Shown: positions 1 through 11,428, counted from the first letter of the stretch. The stretch: 20,000 nucleotides of DNA from Conidiobolus incongruus B7586 (GCA_000697335.1 JNEM01011165.1:53287-73286), one strand, 5' to 3'. Numbers and translations: made by a program. Notes: generated by a model from the letters alone, not told the origin.

Positions 1-824
1 AAAGTATTGATATTGAATAAATCTCTTGATGAAGATTGAGGTTTGAAATAATCCATGCCACCTTCCTTTTTAACCGCATAAAGTAATCTGAAAGAGCTGT
101 TGTTGCTATATACTTCTTTATTAGGTTGTACTGGATTGAGTTGACTCAAAGTCTGTTGTGAAATTGATTCTCGATCTTGGAAGATAAACTTCATCAAATT
201 TTGATGGAAAATTTTTTCAACACTAATATTCTTGAACAAAACAACATTTGGAATATTGACGGAGTCATTCATAATGCTTCGAATAATAATATGATATGAA
301 TATTTATACTCATCATTCACTTTACGGTGATTAGTGGAAATTGATAAATGATCTTTTGTTAAGGGAGATCCATTTAACAATGAATTAAAGCAGAGATTAA
401 AAAATTGACAATATTTAGAGGTAACATATTCCATTAATTGATCCGATGATATTTGAGTAGTTGATATATTAGTATTTCTATAGCGATTATGTTCATTGAT
501 ATAGAATTCCAAATCCATCCAACCAAACTTAGGATCATTCTCGGTTACAACTAGAAAATAATCACGTTCCTTTATACTGGAATCCTTTAAAATATTGAAT
601 ATTTGTTGAATTGACTTACAAACACCGAATTGGTTACCACCTTTTTTAATTAAAAAAGACCCTGGTGACGAATCCGACAGTTTCTTCAGAGCTGTTACTA
701 GTGGATTAATGACAGGATTTCTTTTATTGCGAGGAATATCAGAGCGATATGAATAAAAATCAATATTGTGAATGGTATGAGTTTGTAATTGCGATTTGTC
801 TAATTGAGAATGAATTTCAGACAT
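1..824 (-). CDS. PrimPol-like archaeo-eukaryotic primase (AEP) domain protein, 3' end outside the window
   Basis: Manual translation from the ATG at 824 stays open to position 1 (274 codons, no intron needed). It is absent from the ORF track because it has no stop in the window. It contains ERDYFLVVTENDPKFGWMDLEFY (motif I DxE, 507-515), KYSYHIII (motif II SxH, 291-299) and QPNKEVYSNNSSFRLLYAVK (motif III region; compare PrimPol FVDLGVYTRNRNFRL). Confidence 0.75.
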   Translation of the reverse strand, partial: MSEIHSQLDKSQLQTHTIHNIDFYSYRSDIPRNKRNPVINPLVTALKKLSDSSPGSFLIKKGGNQFGVCKSIQQIFNILKDSSIKERDYFLVVTENDPKFGWMDLEFYINEHNRYRNTNISTTQISSDQLMEYVTSKYCQFFNLCFNSLLNGSPLTKDHLSISTNHRKVNDEYKYSYHIIIRSIMNDSVNIPNVVLFKNISVEKIFHQNLMKFIFQDRESISQQTLSQLNPVQPNKEVYSNNSSFRLLYAVKKEGGMDYFKPQSSSRDLFNINT

Positions 825-1244
825 AATCGGGAAACAGATGATGACTTTTTATATATTGAATTAATAACTTACAAAGTTTTATCAGATTCTGATCAAATTC
901 ATAAAATTGATGTCTTTTATACTTATTATCATGGGATATGTTTTATTAAATAGGATAAATGAATGTTTTTATTGGCAAATATTAAATAAAATGATTGAAA
1001 TTAATATTTCAATCAGAATCCTGAAACCAACTGGTTTTTTCTTATAATATGCAAAAGATATTATGGGGATGAAAACTGACGCAGGGAAGAGAATTCCATA
1101 AAAAGATATGAAATATTAGGCAAAGAGTCAAAAGGATAATTAAAATGAAAAAAAAGGATAAAGTTAAGAGAACAGAGGGCAGGGTCTATTTGAGAGAGTT
1201 GAATAGTATGAGTGTTTCAAACTCATTAAACGGTGGCTCATAAA

Positions 1245-1694
1245 ATGGAATTTTTGGAACCTCACCAGTTTTTAGTACAAGGGGTTAAAATGTCCCCTGA
1301 ATACACAACGTTCACTGACTATTAAGCTACGATGCAAGATTACAATCTCAAATTAATAACATCGAGCATTAAAGCTAATCCTAATAAGAACATATCAAGA
1401 TAACACCTTTTTACTTCCTATTACCTACTAATAATTCTTAAATAACCATACATATTGGATCCTCAAAATGATATATAATCTAGCATTAATACCAATTCAT
1501 CAAAGATCACTCGAACCGAAACTCACGCAACTAGTCATTGTCCAAATTGTCGAGTACCTACTCCTTGTCTTCAGCAATATATTCCAGATCATTATGGCTC
1601 TAATATTTCGACGCCCCACCAATACTTTATTCCAGAAACCGCTAACTGGAACAATTTTAATGAAATCAAAGCAAAAAACTTAAAGCATCAATAA
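1245..1694 (+). pseudogene. Possible decayed ORF of unknown function (CPNC motif) with four internal TAA codons
   Basis: One frame runs from ATG 1245 to TAA 1692-1694 (MEFLEPHQFLVQG...SHCPNCRVPTPCLQQYIPDHYG...NWNNFNEIKAKNLKHQ). It is interrupted only by TAA at 1323, 1401, 1443 and 1476. GC is higher than in the flanks. No family recognised. Confidence 0.35.
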
Positions 1695-2422
1695 ATAATA
1701 TTAATTTTTTTACATTTTAATGATTTTATTTTTTATTCAAATGAATATAAACCATAATATTTGTATTACAAATTAATAATGTTATATAAAATTTTAATAA
1801 ATTTTGAATTACATATTTAAAATTTGTTTTATAAATTTTTTTCAAAAATTTGAGAATTTAATTCAATATAACTAATATATATACTTTTATAATACATTCT
1901 CGTATTTCTGATTTAAATCTATAAAATAAAATAAAATTAAAAATATTTATTTTTTTGGTTGAAAATATGTGTGTTTTTATTGATAACAATTACAACATTT
2001 TCTTTGTTCATTCACATAAATTTATTCGATCAATTACACTCGAATATCTTTTACGATGCTCAATTATTATTGAGTTCATTTTTATAATATTAAATATGGA
2101 CAATAAACATTCTTAGCTTAAGAAGTTTTCTTACCGTATTAGGATATCATCAACCAAGCATTTATTCAATTCTTATCTCTAAAATTTTCTACATAGATTA
2201 TCTTCGAAATACGAAATATTTGATTATCTCCATAATATTTTAATATATTTTAATCTTACAATGTTATAAATCATTGTTTTATACTATATATTTATGAATA
2301 TGAAATTTGGTGTTAAAGCTTTTCACAGCATAATAATTTATTAAATGTAATTAAAATAATGAGGATGGAATATGAAATGCCAATATGGAAGAATGGAATC
2401 GGAAAGTCTTCAAACCAGATGA

Positions 2423-2575
2423 TTATGTGTTATCGACTACATTTTTAACAGAACCAATATTTCCAGCAGCTTGGCTGGATTCGACCAGGTTGGGTGTGAC
2501 GCTATCACTTGCAGGTATTGCCATCACCGATAAGGAAGCGATCAAGGTGAAAATTTTGACAATTACAGATTTCAT
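2423..2575 (-). CDS. Small secreted peptide (50 aa) with predicted signal peptide
   Basis: MKSVIVKIFTLIASLSVMA-IPASDSVTPNLVESSQAAGNIGSVKNVVDNT*. It has a basic N-terminus, a hydrophobic core and a V-x-A|IP cleavage-like site, and coincides with a local GC-rich island. It is below the ORF-track size cut-off. Confidence 0.55.
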   Translation of the reverse strand: MKSVIVKIFTLIASLSVMAIPASDSVTPNLVESSQAAGNIGSVKNVVDNT

Positions 2576-3559
2576 GATTATTTAATTGGATTAGAATATG
2601 AATTGATAATGCTGATAGTTTATACCATCTACCTACTTTATATACTACTTTAATAATTTTCATTTCATATATCACATTCATAAAATTATATCGGAAATTT
2701 GCCCAATTCAAGTTAATCTATTTAAATTTACAAACGAATAAATTTCTAAGTTGTTGATCTTTAACTGATATATTTGAATTGTTTATGGTATTCTTAAAAT
2801 GTCGGTAATCATAAATAGTAAATAAAGGTTAAATATAAAAAATGATTAATTTATTAATATATTACAATGGCCCATTGTATATCTTAATATTATATTCAAT
2901 TGGTCAACTATAACTAGTAATGAATACTCATAATAACCATCATTCAAAATTCTAAAATAGTTGCATTAAAATATCAAAATAATATTTTTTAGATTTGATT
3001 AAAATATTGGATTATTTTTAAAAAATATTTAAACAATTTTATATGCTCTAAAATTTAAATATAATTTGATATAGTAATCATTTGATTGTCACAATAATTT
3101 AAATGATAATTATAAGTTTATCATGAAACTCCGTTAATTGAGTAAATTCTAAAATAAACCAAGTAATAAAAAATTAATAGTTAGAATTATTTGTATTTCA
3201 ATTCATTTTTTATTATTATTATAATTCAGTATAATATTAACGAATATTCCAAATGTTTTGAATAGAATGTTTTTCTTGAAAAAAATTGAATACAAATTAG
3301 AAAATATATTATTAAAATTAAGATTAACCATATCAAAAAAAATAAAGAATGATATTCATTAACGTAATAAAAATACAATATATATCTAGTAAAATATAAA
3401 TTTTCAGTTAAATTGATGTGCTTTTAGTGGCTGAAGATTAATATGCATTATAGGCTGTAATTGAAACTATATGGTAATATAACCATTTTTTAGCGTAAAT
3501 ATTCGATATAAATAATAAAAAACTTTGAATCTGATTTACAGTAATATTTTTTTCAATAT

Positions 3560-3630
3560 GCTCGGCTAGCTGAATCAGTAGAGCGTGAGACTTAATCTCA
3601 AGATAGTGGGTCCGACCCTTACTTTGAGTA
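3560..3630 (+). pseudogene. tRNA-Lys(CTT)-derived pseudogene
   Basis: Aligns end to end with the tRNA at 5463-5535. It has a 2-nt deletion in the anticodon loop (CTCTTAA to CTTAA), TTCGA changed to TCCGA in the T-loop/B box, GG changed to AG in the D loop, and broken T-stem pairs. Confidence 0.85.
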
Positions 3631-4117
3631 TTGAAGAATATTTATATCTCTTTTTACCACCAATTTTGTACTAATTGCATTATTTGTATTTATAATTTTC
3701 AATTAATATATTAAACACTTTCATCATGATAATTATTATCTTATTATTTATTATATATTTAAATTTTATATTTTTTCAAACAATTTAGAGGAATAATTTA
3801 TTACATAATATATAAATATGTCTAAATTTTGATTAATTTATTGTAAGGTTTAAAATATTTATTAATATTTATTCTAATTCCATTTATAATTAAACTTGAT
3901 ATATAAATGAATCTAAATCAATATTTTTTTCATTTCATCATCCTTGTAGATATATTATTCAATAATGCTATATATTAAAACTATGTAATTTACAAATTGG
4001 TAATTGGGTTTTTAATAACAACTAATTACACAAACCCATAATTATTACCAAAATTGCATTATCACAATAAATCATAATCCTTCTAACTCTGTATTCTTAT
4101 CAAATCAAGCAATTAAA

Positions 4118-5174
4118 ATGATTTTAAAACATAGTTTACAGCCTTTATCAAAACAATTTAACTCTAAATTAATTAGAAATTTTTCAAATTACAAAATTTT
4201 AAGAAATATTGATAACAATATTAATAATAATAATAATAACGAATTTCGTAATTAATTATTAACCCCAATACAATAACTTATTAACAATGTTTTAGCATGG
4301 TTATTGAGTGACAGTAGTCCTAGATTGAAGAAACAACCATTCTTCCACACCGGGACCAATCCCTTCACTTCGTGGTTGCCGAAGAGTTGGCAGGATAATT
4401 TGTTTAGTTTTATGGTCAAGAAGTTTATTTCTGACTATACCGATTTGGAATATTTTGAGGACGAGTTTTTATTAGGAGGTAACTATTAATAGTTTATTAT
4501 GATACTTTGACATTAATTATGGGCTAGCTACCTTGGGTTCTCAACAAGCTTTAAAGTTTATTACCGAGGGTAATACTGAGGGTATGAAACAAATTATGAC
4601 TCCTGAACTGTTTGAGAGATATCAGAAGGCTTTGAATGAATTGAAGGAACGTAACCAAATCATCGATATTAGTATGAAAAATCCTTCCAAGGCTGAAGTA
4701 CTCGAATATTGGGCTACTATTGGCCCTCAAGCTGGTCTCGACGCTCGTAATACACAATATGACGTCAACTTCGTCCGTACCGCGATTTTAATTTCCAAGG
4801 CTAAGCCTACTGATGATGGTGGATTCTTGGGATCTGTCAAATCCACCACCAGGGACTATACTCAAGGATTTCAGCTCGAAGTTGACGTCAATATCGAAGC
4901 TGATATCGACTACCGTCTCAGTGAAAAAGCTCAAGAACCCGAAGCCAAACCTAGAATTATTTTGCAAGATCAAGCACGTCGCGACATCGTGTTCACCTTC
5001 AAATCTCAAGTTTTTGAACCCATTCCTGAGGAGATTCTCCCCAAGGATTGGGAATGGAAACTCAGTGACATTGATTATTTGTTAAGAGCTGAAAATTTGG
5101 AAACGAGGACTCGATGGTTCTACCAGCACAAACAAAATTTTATTAATCATTTAAAAAATGATCAAAATGACTAG
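4118..5174 (+). CDS. Mitochondrial Tim44-like domain protein (Mba1/MAIP1-like), 3 exons, about 319 aa
   Basis: Exons 4118-4247, 4296-4478 and 4528-5174 are joined by GT-AG introns of 48 and 49 nt with consistent phase. The basic, acid-poor N-terminus resembles a mitochondrial presequence. FEDEFLLGA...IMTPELFERY and the C-terminal WEWKLSDID resemble Tim44-like domains. The family call is from motif recall. Confidence 0.7.
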
Positions 5175-5462
5175 ATTAATTTCTCTAATATAAATTCAAT
5201 TTAATACTATATTCAATGTTTACTATTTTTTATTATATTTTAAAATGACTCAAATTTGAATTAATTCTTTTAATATAACGTCATCAATTATCATTTTAGA
5301 ATTGGTCATAAGATATTTATTGAATGATTACATCATCATATAAAATTTGAAAATTCAACTAAATACAATAAATTTTTGATTAAAATTTATAAATTTGATT
5401 TTTAAATATGTATTAAATTGATTACAATATAAATATTATAGTAAAATGTTCACAAAAATTAC

Positions 5463-5535
5463 CACCCAACGTGGGGGTCGAACCCACAACCTTGAGATTA
5501 AGAGTCTCACGCTCTACCGATTGAGCTAGCCGGGC
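5463..5535 (-). tRNA. tRNA-Lys (anticodon CTT)
   Basis: Reverse complement GCCCGGCTAGCTCAATCGGTAGAGCGTGAGACTCTTAATCTCAAGGTTGTGGGTTCGACCCCCACGTTGGGTG is a 73-nt cloverleaf with intact A and B boxes. A T5 Pol III terminator follows (5454-5458). Confidence 0.95.
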
Positions 5536-5876
5536 TTAATTTCTTATTGCTTGAATTGTGATTATGAAAACTATGTAGTACAAAATCCATATTTTTTTTT
5601 CATTCTTTTTGATTTCTACAATTTATCATACTGCATACCATAATGAAAATCCTTCCACCAATCAAATATTGATTCTAGTGTGATTATAAAATATTTTTAA
5701 AATTGAAATACATCTTTCATTACATATTTAATTTAACTACTACCTAAATCATTATTTTAGTTAATTGAAATTATCATCAAAAAATTTTAAATTTTTATTT
5801 AATGATTGATAAATTACAGATTTTTTTTGCATTTGATTTAAAATGTAAAAATATCTGTAAATATTGAACTTTTAAA

Positions 5877-5877
<1 letters not shown>

Positions 5878-5907
<30 letters not shown>
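5878..5907. repeat. (TA)15 microsatellite
   Basis: Perfect TA dinucleotide run. Confidence 0.95.
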
Positions 5908-5911
<4 letters not shown>

Positions 5912-6075
5912 ATAAACATAAAACTATTTAAAACATTAAAAAATTTATATATTAAATATTTTTAATATAAACAATCTCAATTGAATATAAGTATTCAATT
6001 ACCAAAAAATTCCAATATTGACAAATTTGATCCAAAAAAAACTATATAAAACACTAAACTATTTATATATTTAAT

Positions 6076-6596
6076 TTAAATGAAAGGATTTTCAATTTCT
6101 TCAGAGCCATCGAGGGGTGTAATCAGGACAATATTGGGACCTCGACATACTAAGAGTCCCAAATCTCTTAAACTCTCTTGGAAGTTTTCGGAATCTTCAC
6201 CATCTAAACCTAATCAAATGTTAATAGTAATACAGAATAATATGAAAGGAATTATTTACTTTTAACAATTTCGACAGTTTCGTCCAACACTAAATTCAAT
6301 AGGGGGTCGTGACCTTTCAAAACGCCAATAACTAAAAATCGATTAAAATTGAGTCTCAAATTGTGAATATATTATTACCTTCGCGACCTCCCAAAAATTT
6401 CACCTTAATTTTTTTGTCCATATACTTTGTCAAGTCTAAAATTATCTTTTTAGTTTGGGTTGTGCTGGATTTGTCCTTACTGATATAGGGATTTTCTTTG
6501 TCTGTCTTCGTGGTGGCAGCTGCTTTAGTTGTCTAATAAAAATTGGTTACCTATTGGTTTGTATTAAAATTTGAAGTATGATCTTACTTGACTCAT
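6076..6596 (-). CDS. LSM7: U6 snRNA-associated Sm-like protein LSm7, 4 exons
   Basis: Exons 6596-6588, 6532-6379, 6331-6260 and 6209 (or 6203)-6076, with GT-AG introns of 55, 47 and 50 (or 56) nt. The spliced product contains KKIILDLTKYMDKKIKVKFLGGREVIGVLKGHDPLLNLVLDETVE...RDLGLLVCRGPNIVLITPLDGSEEIENPFI*, the characteristic LSm7 sequence. Confidence 0.93.
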
Positions 6597-7979
6597 TTTT
6601 TTAATATTAAATTTTAATCAAATGAATAATTTTTTTTGGATATTTTAAGAATCGACTTTGTGATCCAACCTACTTATTTTTAAAAATTGTAGGAATTAAA
6701 TTATGGGATTTTTTTTATTTTTTTTTAAAATTCAAATAATAATATTATATATGAATAATTTATTACTCAAAAATTAGTATTTGAAAATATAAAAATTAAA
6801 ATTTCTAAATAATCCAGAATTTTCTGACTATATTTTAATAACTAATTCGGTTATTCTTATAACTACTGCGATTTATTTATAATAGTAACTTACATAACCT
6901 TATTAATAACTGAAATATTGATAAAAGACTCATTTAGTGAAAATATTTATTGATATAAAATGGATTAAACTGGAAAATAGATGAACAAAAATATTGATAA
7001 TTAAAATGAAACGTAAAATAACTAGTAATGGGCTTTGAATATAGTGGAAACTAATGGCTGGTAAATATCGTTTAAAAAATGACGAAGGTGAATAGATTAA
7101 AAAAGGAAATTTTTGTTAGTGAAGTTAAAACCCACACTATGTTGCAAAAAGAATAACTTAGTTATCCTGATTGGATTACTCAACTATCTCATTTTTTCAA
7201 CTCTTTTTATATCAGTTCTTATTAGTATTTTAATTATTTGTTCCAACTTCAATCTATTCAATATTTTTTGAACAATTTAGATTAACTTTGAATTATATTT
7301 TGATTTGATAAACTATAATGAAATATCAATTATCAAATTTTTTTCAATATAATAAATGGATTCATTTTTTTGTTACTAATCAAATTTGTATTTATTCTTT
7401 ATATTCCAAAAAAAATTTAATTACTTGCATTTCTTTTGTTCAATTTAAAATTTGGAAATATTCTCTAAATTTTTTTCATATTATATTATAACTTATATTT
7501 TTTAATACTAAATATTTAATTACTTTTATATGTTATTTTTTGTTTAAATATTTATAACTTATTTTAACAATATTAAAAATTTCAAGTCATATTGAAATAA
7601 TTATAGTTTTCAATTTTGTACTGATTATAATATCATCAAATATATTAAGTCATTATACCATTAATAAAGGGGTGAGACATATCAATAATATATTTAATCA
7701 AAACCAAATAAAGCCAGTTCTTGTTAGAAAAATAGAATTATCTAATATTGTTTAATATTAATTCAATATCAACATAAGATAACTTTTTCATTAGTTTTAT
7801 ATCATTTGAATTTAATCAAAGAATATATTTTATCAAACTATTTTATTATTAAAATTACAATGATATATTATATCAAAAATAAAATACAATCATATTAAAT
7901 TTTAAGAACAAATTATAATTTGGATATTATAAAATAAGAAAAATAAATTCAAGATATAATTAGAAATTATATCAAATAT

Positions 7980-9640
7980 ATTAACCCACAAAAATGAGTC
8001 ATAAAATCAAAAACACTTATATTTTTACTAATAACTTCATTAATATTTAATAAAATAAACTTAAATTAAATAATTAAAATTTATTATATTTATTAATAAT
8101 ATAAATTATTAAATAATGATATTTAGTTATTAATTAGTTAAAATATCAACTTTTAAATTTTACCTAAGTTAAATTATAAATTTGTGGGTTTTTAATGATA
8201 AAAAAATTAAAACTTAGTATATTTACTTTTAATATTTTTAACCTCTTTAAGTTTATAAGGTATAAAATCAAGTAACTTATATTAAAAAAAATTAATTTTG
8301 TTTTATTTTTCTTAAATAAATTTTTAAAGCTAATTTAAATTTTTTAATAAAAGAAAAGATTTAATAACTTTTTTTAATAATTTTAGAAATGTTTAATTAA
8401 GTTAAAATTAAAAAATTAAAGAAGCTACTTTATAATTATTATCTTATTATTTTTAAGCTATTTAATAATAAAAGTTATAATATAATAAAAGGTATTATCT
8501 TATTAAAAATAATATTAGATTTATTTAACTTATACTATTTAATATTTTTTTTAATTTATTATTTAAAATACTTTAATATATCTTAATATTAATGCTTTTA
8601 TTAATTTTATAAAAATACTTTATATTTAAAAATAACATATATTTTTAAATAATAATTAACTTACTATTATACTTTTAAGTAAAATTAACATAATATTCAT
8701 AAAGTAATTTTATATTTTTTTAAAGCATTTAACTTTTGTATTAAATTTATTAAAATATATTTTGGTTTCATTAAATTAAATAACTTTATTTTAATTAATT
8801 TTAATTTAATATTAATAGTATTATTTAAACTTTTATTTAATTTTATTATAGAATGTTTTAATTAAAGGTGTTTTTTCTTAATATATAAGTAGTATCTATA
8901 TTAACATAAAATTATATAATAATATTAGTATTAATTAATATTATTATATAATTTTATCATTCTTATTATATTTTTATAATAGTATTATATTTACTTATAT
9001 TAATTAGATTATAGATATATATTTTATTATATTTATTTATAATTTTAATATACTTAAGTTTAAGTTTAAATGTGTTTTTACTATTATTTATAATAACTTT
9101 AACTATAATAAATTAATTAACATTAGTAATTCTAATAATATTATAAATTGATTTATTTTTTTATAAAGTTAATTAATACAAATAAATTCTTTTAAAAAAA
9201 GATTTAAGTATAATAATAATAATAACAAAAATTTAATATATCTATATAATATTATATAAAATAATAATAAAAAGAGAAAAAAAAATATAACTATATATTA
9301 TTAAATATATTTTTTTATCTTAAAAACTTATAGATTTATAACTTATTTTAATTAAATATTAAAGGTTAATATTTTTGCTAATAGTTTATTAAATATATTT
9401 AAATATATTTATTTATTATCAAATAATATATTTTAATTATATATTATAGTTTCAGATAATCTAATATATACAATTGTTTTAGTTATTAATTAAAATATAT
9501 ATATTGTTAATTTTATAACTTACTTTTATAAGTTAATATATTATAAATTTTAAATTAAATCATTAGTTTTAAATTTTTAAGAAAAAAATAAATTAAAACA
9601 TATAATATTATTAAGTATTTGTTTTAAATTTTGAATTTTA
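7980..9640. repeat. Extremely AT-rich block, probable heavily mutated repeat relic
   Basis: Sampled 60-nt lines at 8941 and 9241 each have only 4 G+C. Surviving C is mostly in CT/CC and surviving G in AG/GG. I saw no CpG and no recognisable ORF. Boundaries are approximate. Confidence 0.5.
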
Positions 9641-10108
9641 GCCTTGGAGAAGTTAAAAAAGTATATAAGTATAACACTACCATCATTAAATATAAATAGA
9701 AAAATTTAGTATAATTTAAATGATCTAAAATATTAATATTGAAAAATTACAAATTTGAATCAAATATTATTCAAGTTTATTTTAAGTAATATTGATTTTA
9801 ATTCTAATAGGAGTAAGTATATTGCTATTGATAGATCAGATTTAAATATCATGTAAAATTTAAGAATAATATATTCATGGAATAATAGACTAGCATATAA
9901 ATAAGCTAATATGAATAGCATAAAATAAAAGTCAATTTAACAGAAAGAATCATAATTTAGATTTAATTGATAACTTTTCAAAAGGTTCCAAATCACATAA
10001 TGAACATTATTAGTCTTTGAATTTCAAAGATATGAAGCCTAAGGTTTTATTTTATGATATTAATTAAATATCCTTATTTATATAATATTAATAGCACTTG
10101 TAGGCTAA

Positions 10109-10549
10109 ATGTTCATTATTTTAGATCAGATCCTTCAGTCCTTCAACAAAGACTAAACAAAGCACTATTATATTCGACCAATCCTCAATATTGAGTGAAC
10201 CTACGGCACATATGAGCACAGTACCTAAGGGCCGCCATATGCCTTTATTGTGACTGGAATTCGAGAGAAGTGCCCAATCCACTTTAGGTAATCAATCGAG
10301 AAATACCCTAATTTTTCAATATTTCATAAATGACGACACCAAATCCAGTATTAAAACATTCTCCATCAAGAATCATTACCATGTGCAAACACAAGAATAC
10401 TAAAAATCCAACTCAAAAACCCATCATACCTTGGCATTGAAGCGATTCAAATCTACCCAACAGTCCAAAAGAATATAAGTCACTCAGACAACATCAAATT
10501 CTTCAACAATAACTCAAATTCAATATCATATATTGATAATTCGTATTAA
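10109..10549 (+). pseudogene. Possible decayed coding relic, unidentified
   Basis: GC- and CpG-containing island. The frame from ATG 10109 to TAA 10547-10549 reads MFIILDQILQSF...GPPYAFIVTGIREKCPIHFR...KIQLKNPSYLGIEAIQIYP with six internal TAA/TGA stops. Confidence 0.25.
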
Positions 10550-11428
10550 TTTGAGGTTTATAGATAACTTTAATAATCATTCAATTGATTTTATATGAGC
10601 TGGTGAAACTAATAGACTTACTAAATGATTTTGTATTATTAAATCAATGTGGAAAGCTTTTACTCAAATTTTGTGAATGACTAAGATATTTGATAGATAT
10701 ATAGAAATACTAATTTAATAATATGGATATCTAGCTAACTAACTCCTCAGTAATTGGTATAAGTTATTAATTATGTATGATATAATATTAATTGTTTTGA
10801 TCAATATAAATAATATTATAATACTTTTTAAAATATTGTTATCCATTTAAGATTATATGAGTTGTTGACTTGATTGAATTTTTAATCTATTTTATATTTG
10901 GTTGAATTTGAAAAAATAGTTGACAAAAGATATATTAGACTAATTATTTTATAATATTTGTTATTATTAAAAAATTGATAAAATTAAAATTTAACTATTA
11001 ATAATTGGGATGAAATTGGTTTTATTTCAATATTCAAATTATTGATTTTTTTTCCAAAAATTACTTCCTATAAATATATAGCATATTCATTTTATTAGTT
11101 ATTTTTAATTAATAAACTATTCTGCGGATTTATTTGAATTACCAATCTATTTTAAAATAGCTATCATAACAAAGTTTAGAGTTTGGTAATTTAAATGGAA
11201 CTTGAAATTCGCATGAACCAATTTTAGTCACATGAAAAAACTATTTAACTGAACCAATTAGACAGTAGGAATTGCATTAACATCAAAGGTAAAACCGGTT
11301 ATTAGGCATTTCTATTAATATTGTTTTAAGGTTTGCTATATATATAAGATATATCGCTGTAATAAATGATTCTTTTTTTGTGCAAAAATAAATAAATATT
11401 TATTTAAAAATTAGGAATAATTAAGAAT

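Noticed and set aside
1468..1683. 71-aa ORF in the track
   Set aside because: No recognisable features. The overlapping frame ending at 1694 looks more protein-like.
2385..2711. ORFs 2385-2585 (+) and 2505-2711 (-)
   Set aside because: They are shadows of the signal-peptide ORF at 2423-2575 (-).
4551..5085. ORFs 4551-4757 (-), 4788-5009 (-) and 4813-5085 (+)
   Set aside because: Antisense or off-frame shadows within exon 3 of the Tim44-like gene.
6080..6265. 61-aa plus-strand ORF
   Set aside because: Antisense to the last exon and intron of LSM7.
7980..9640. Mitochondrial insertion or identifiable transposase in the AT-rich block
   Set aside because: I could not recover any organellar gene, rRNA or transposase motif in the stretches I read.
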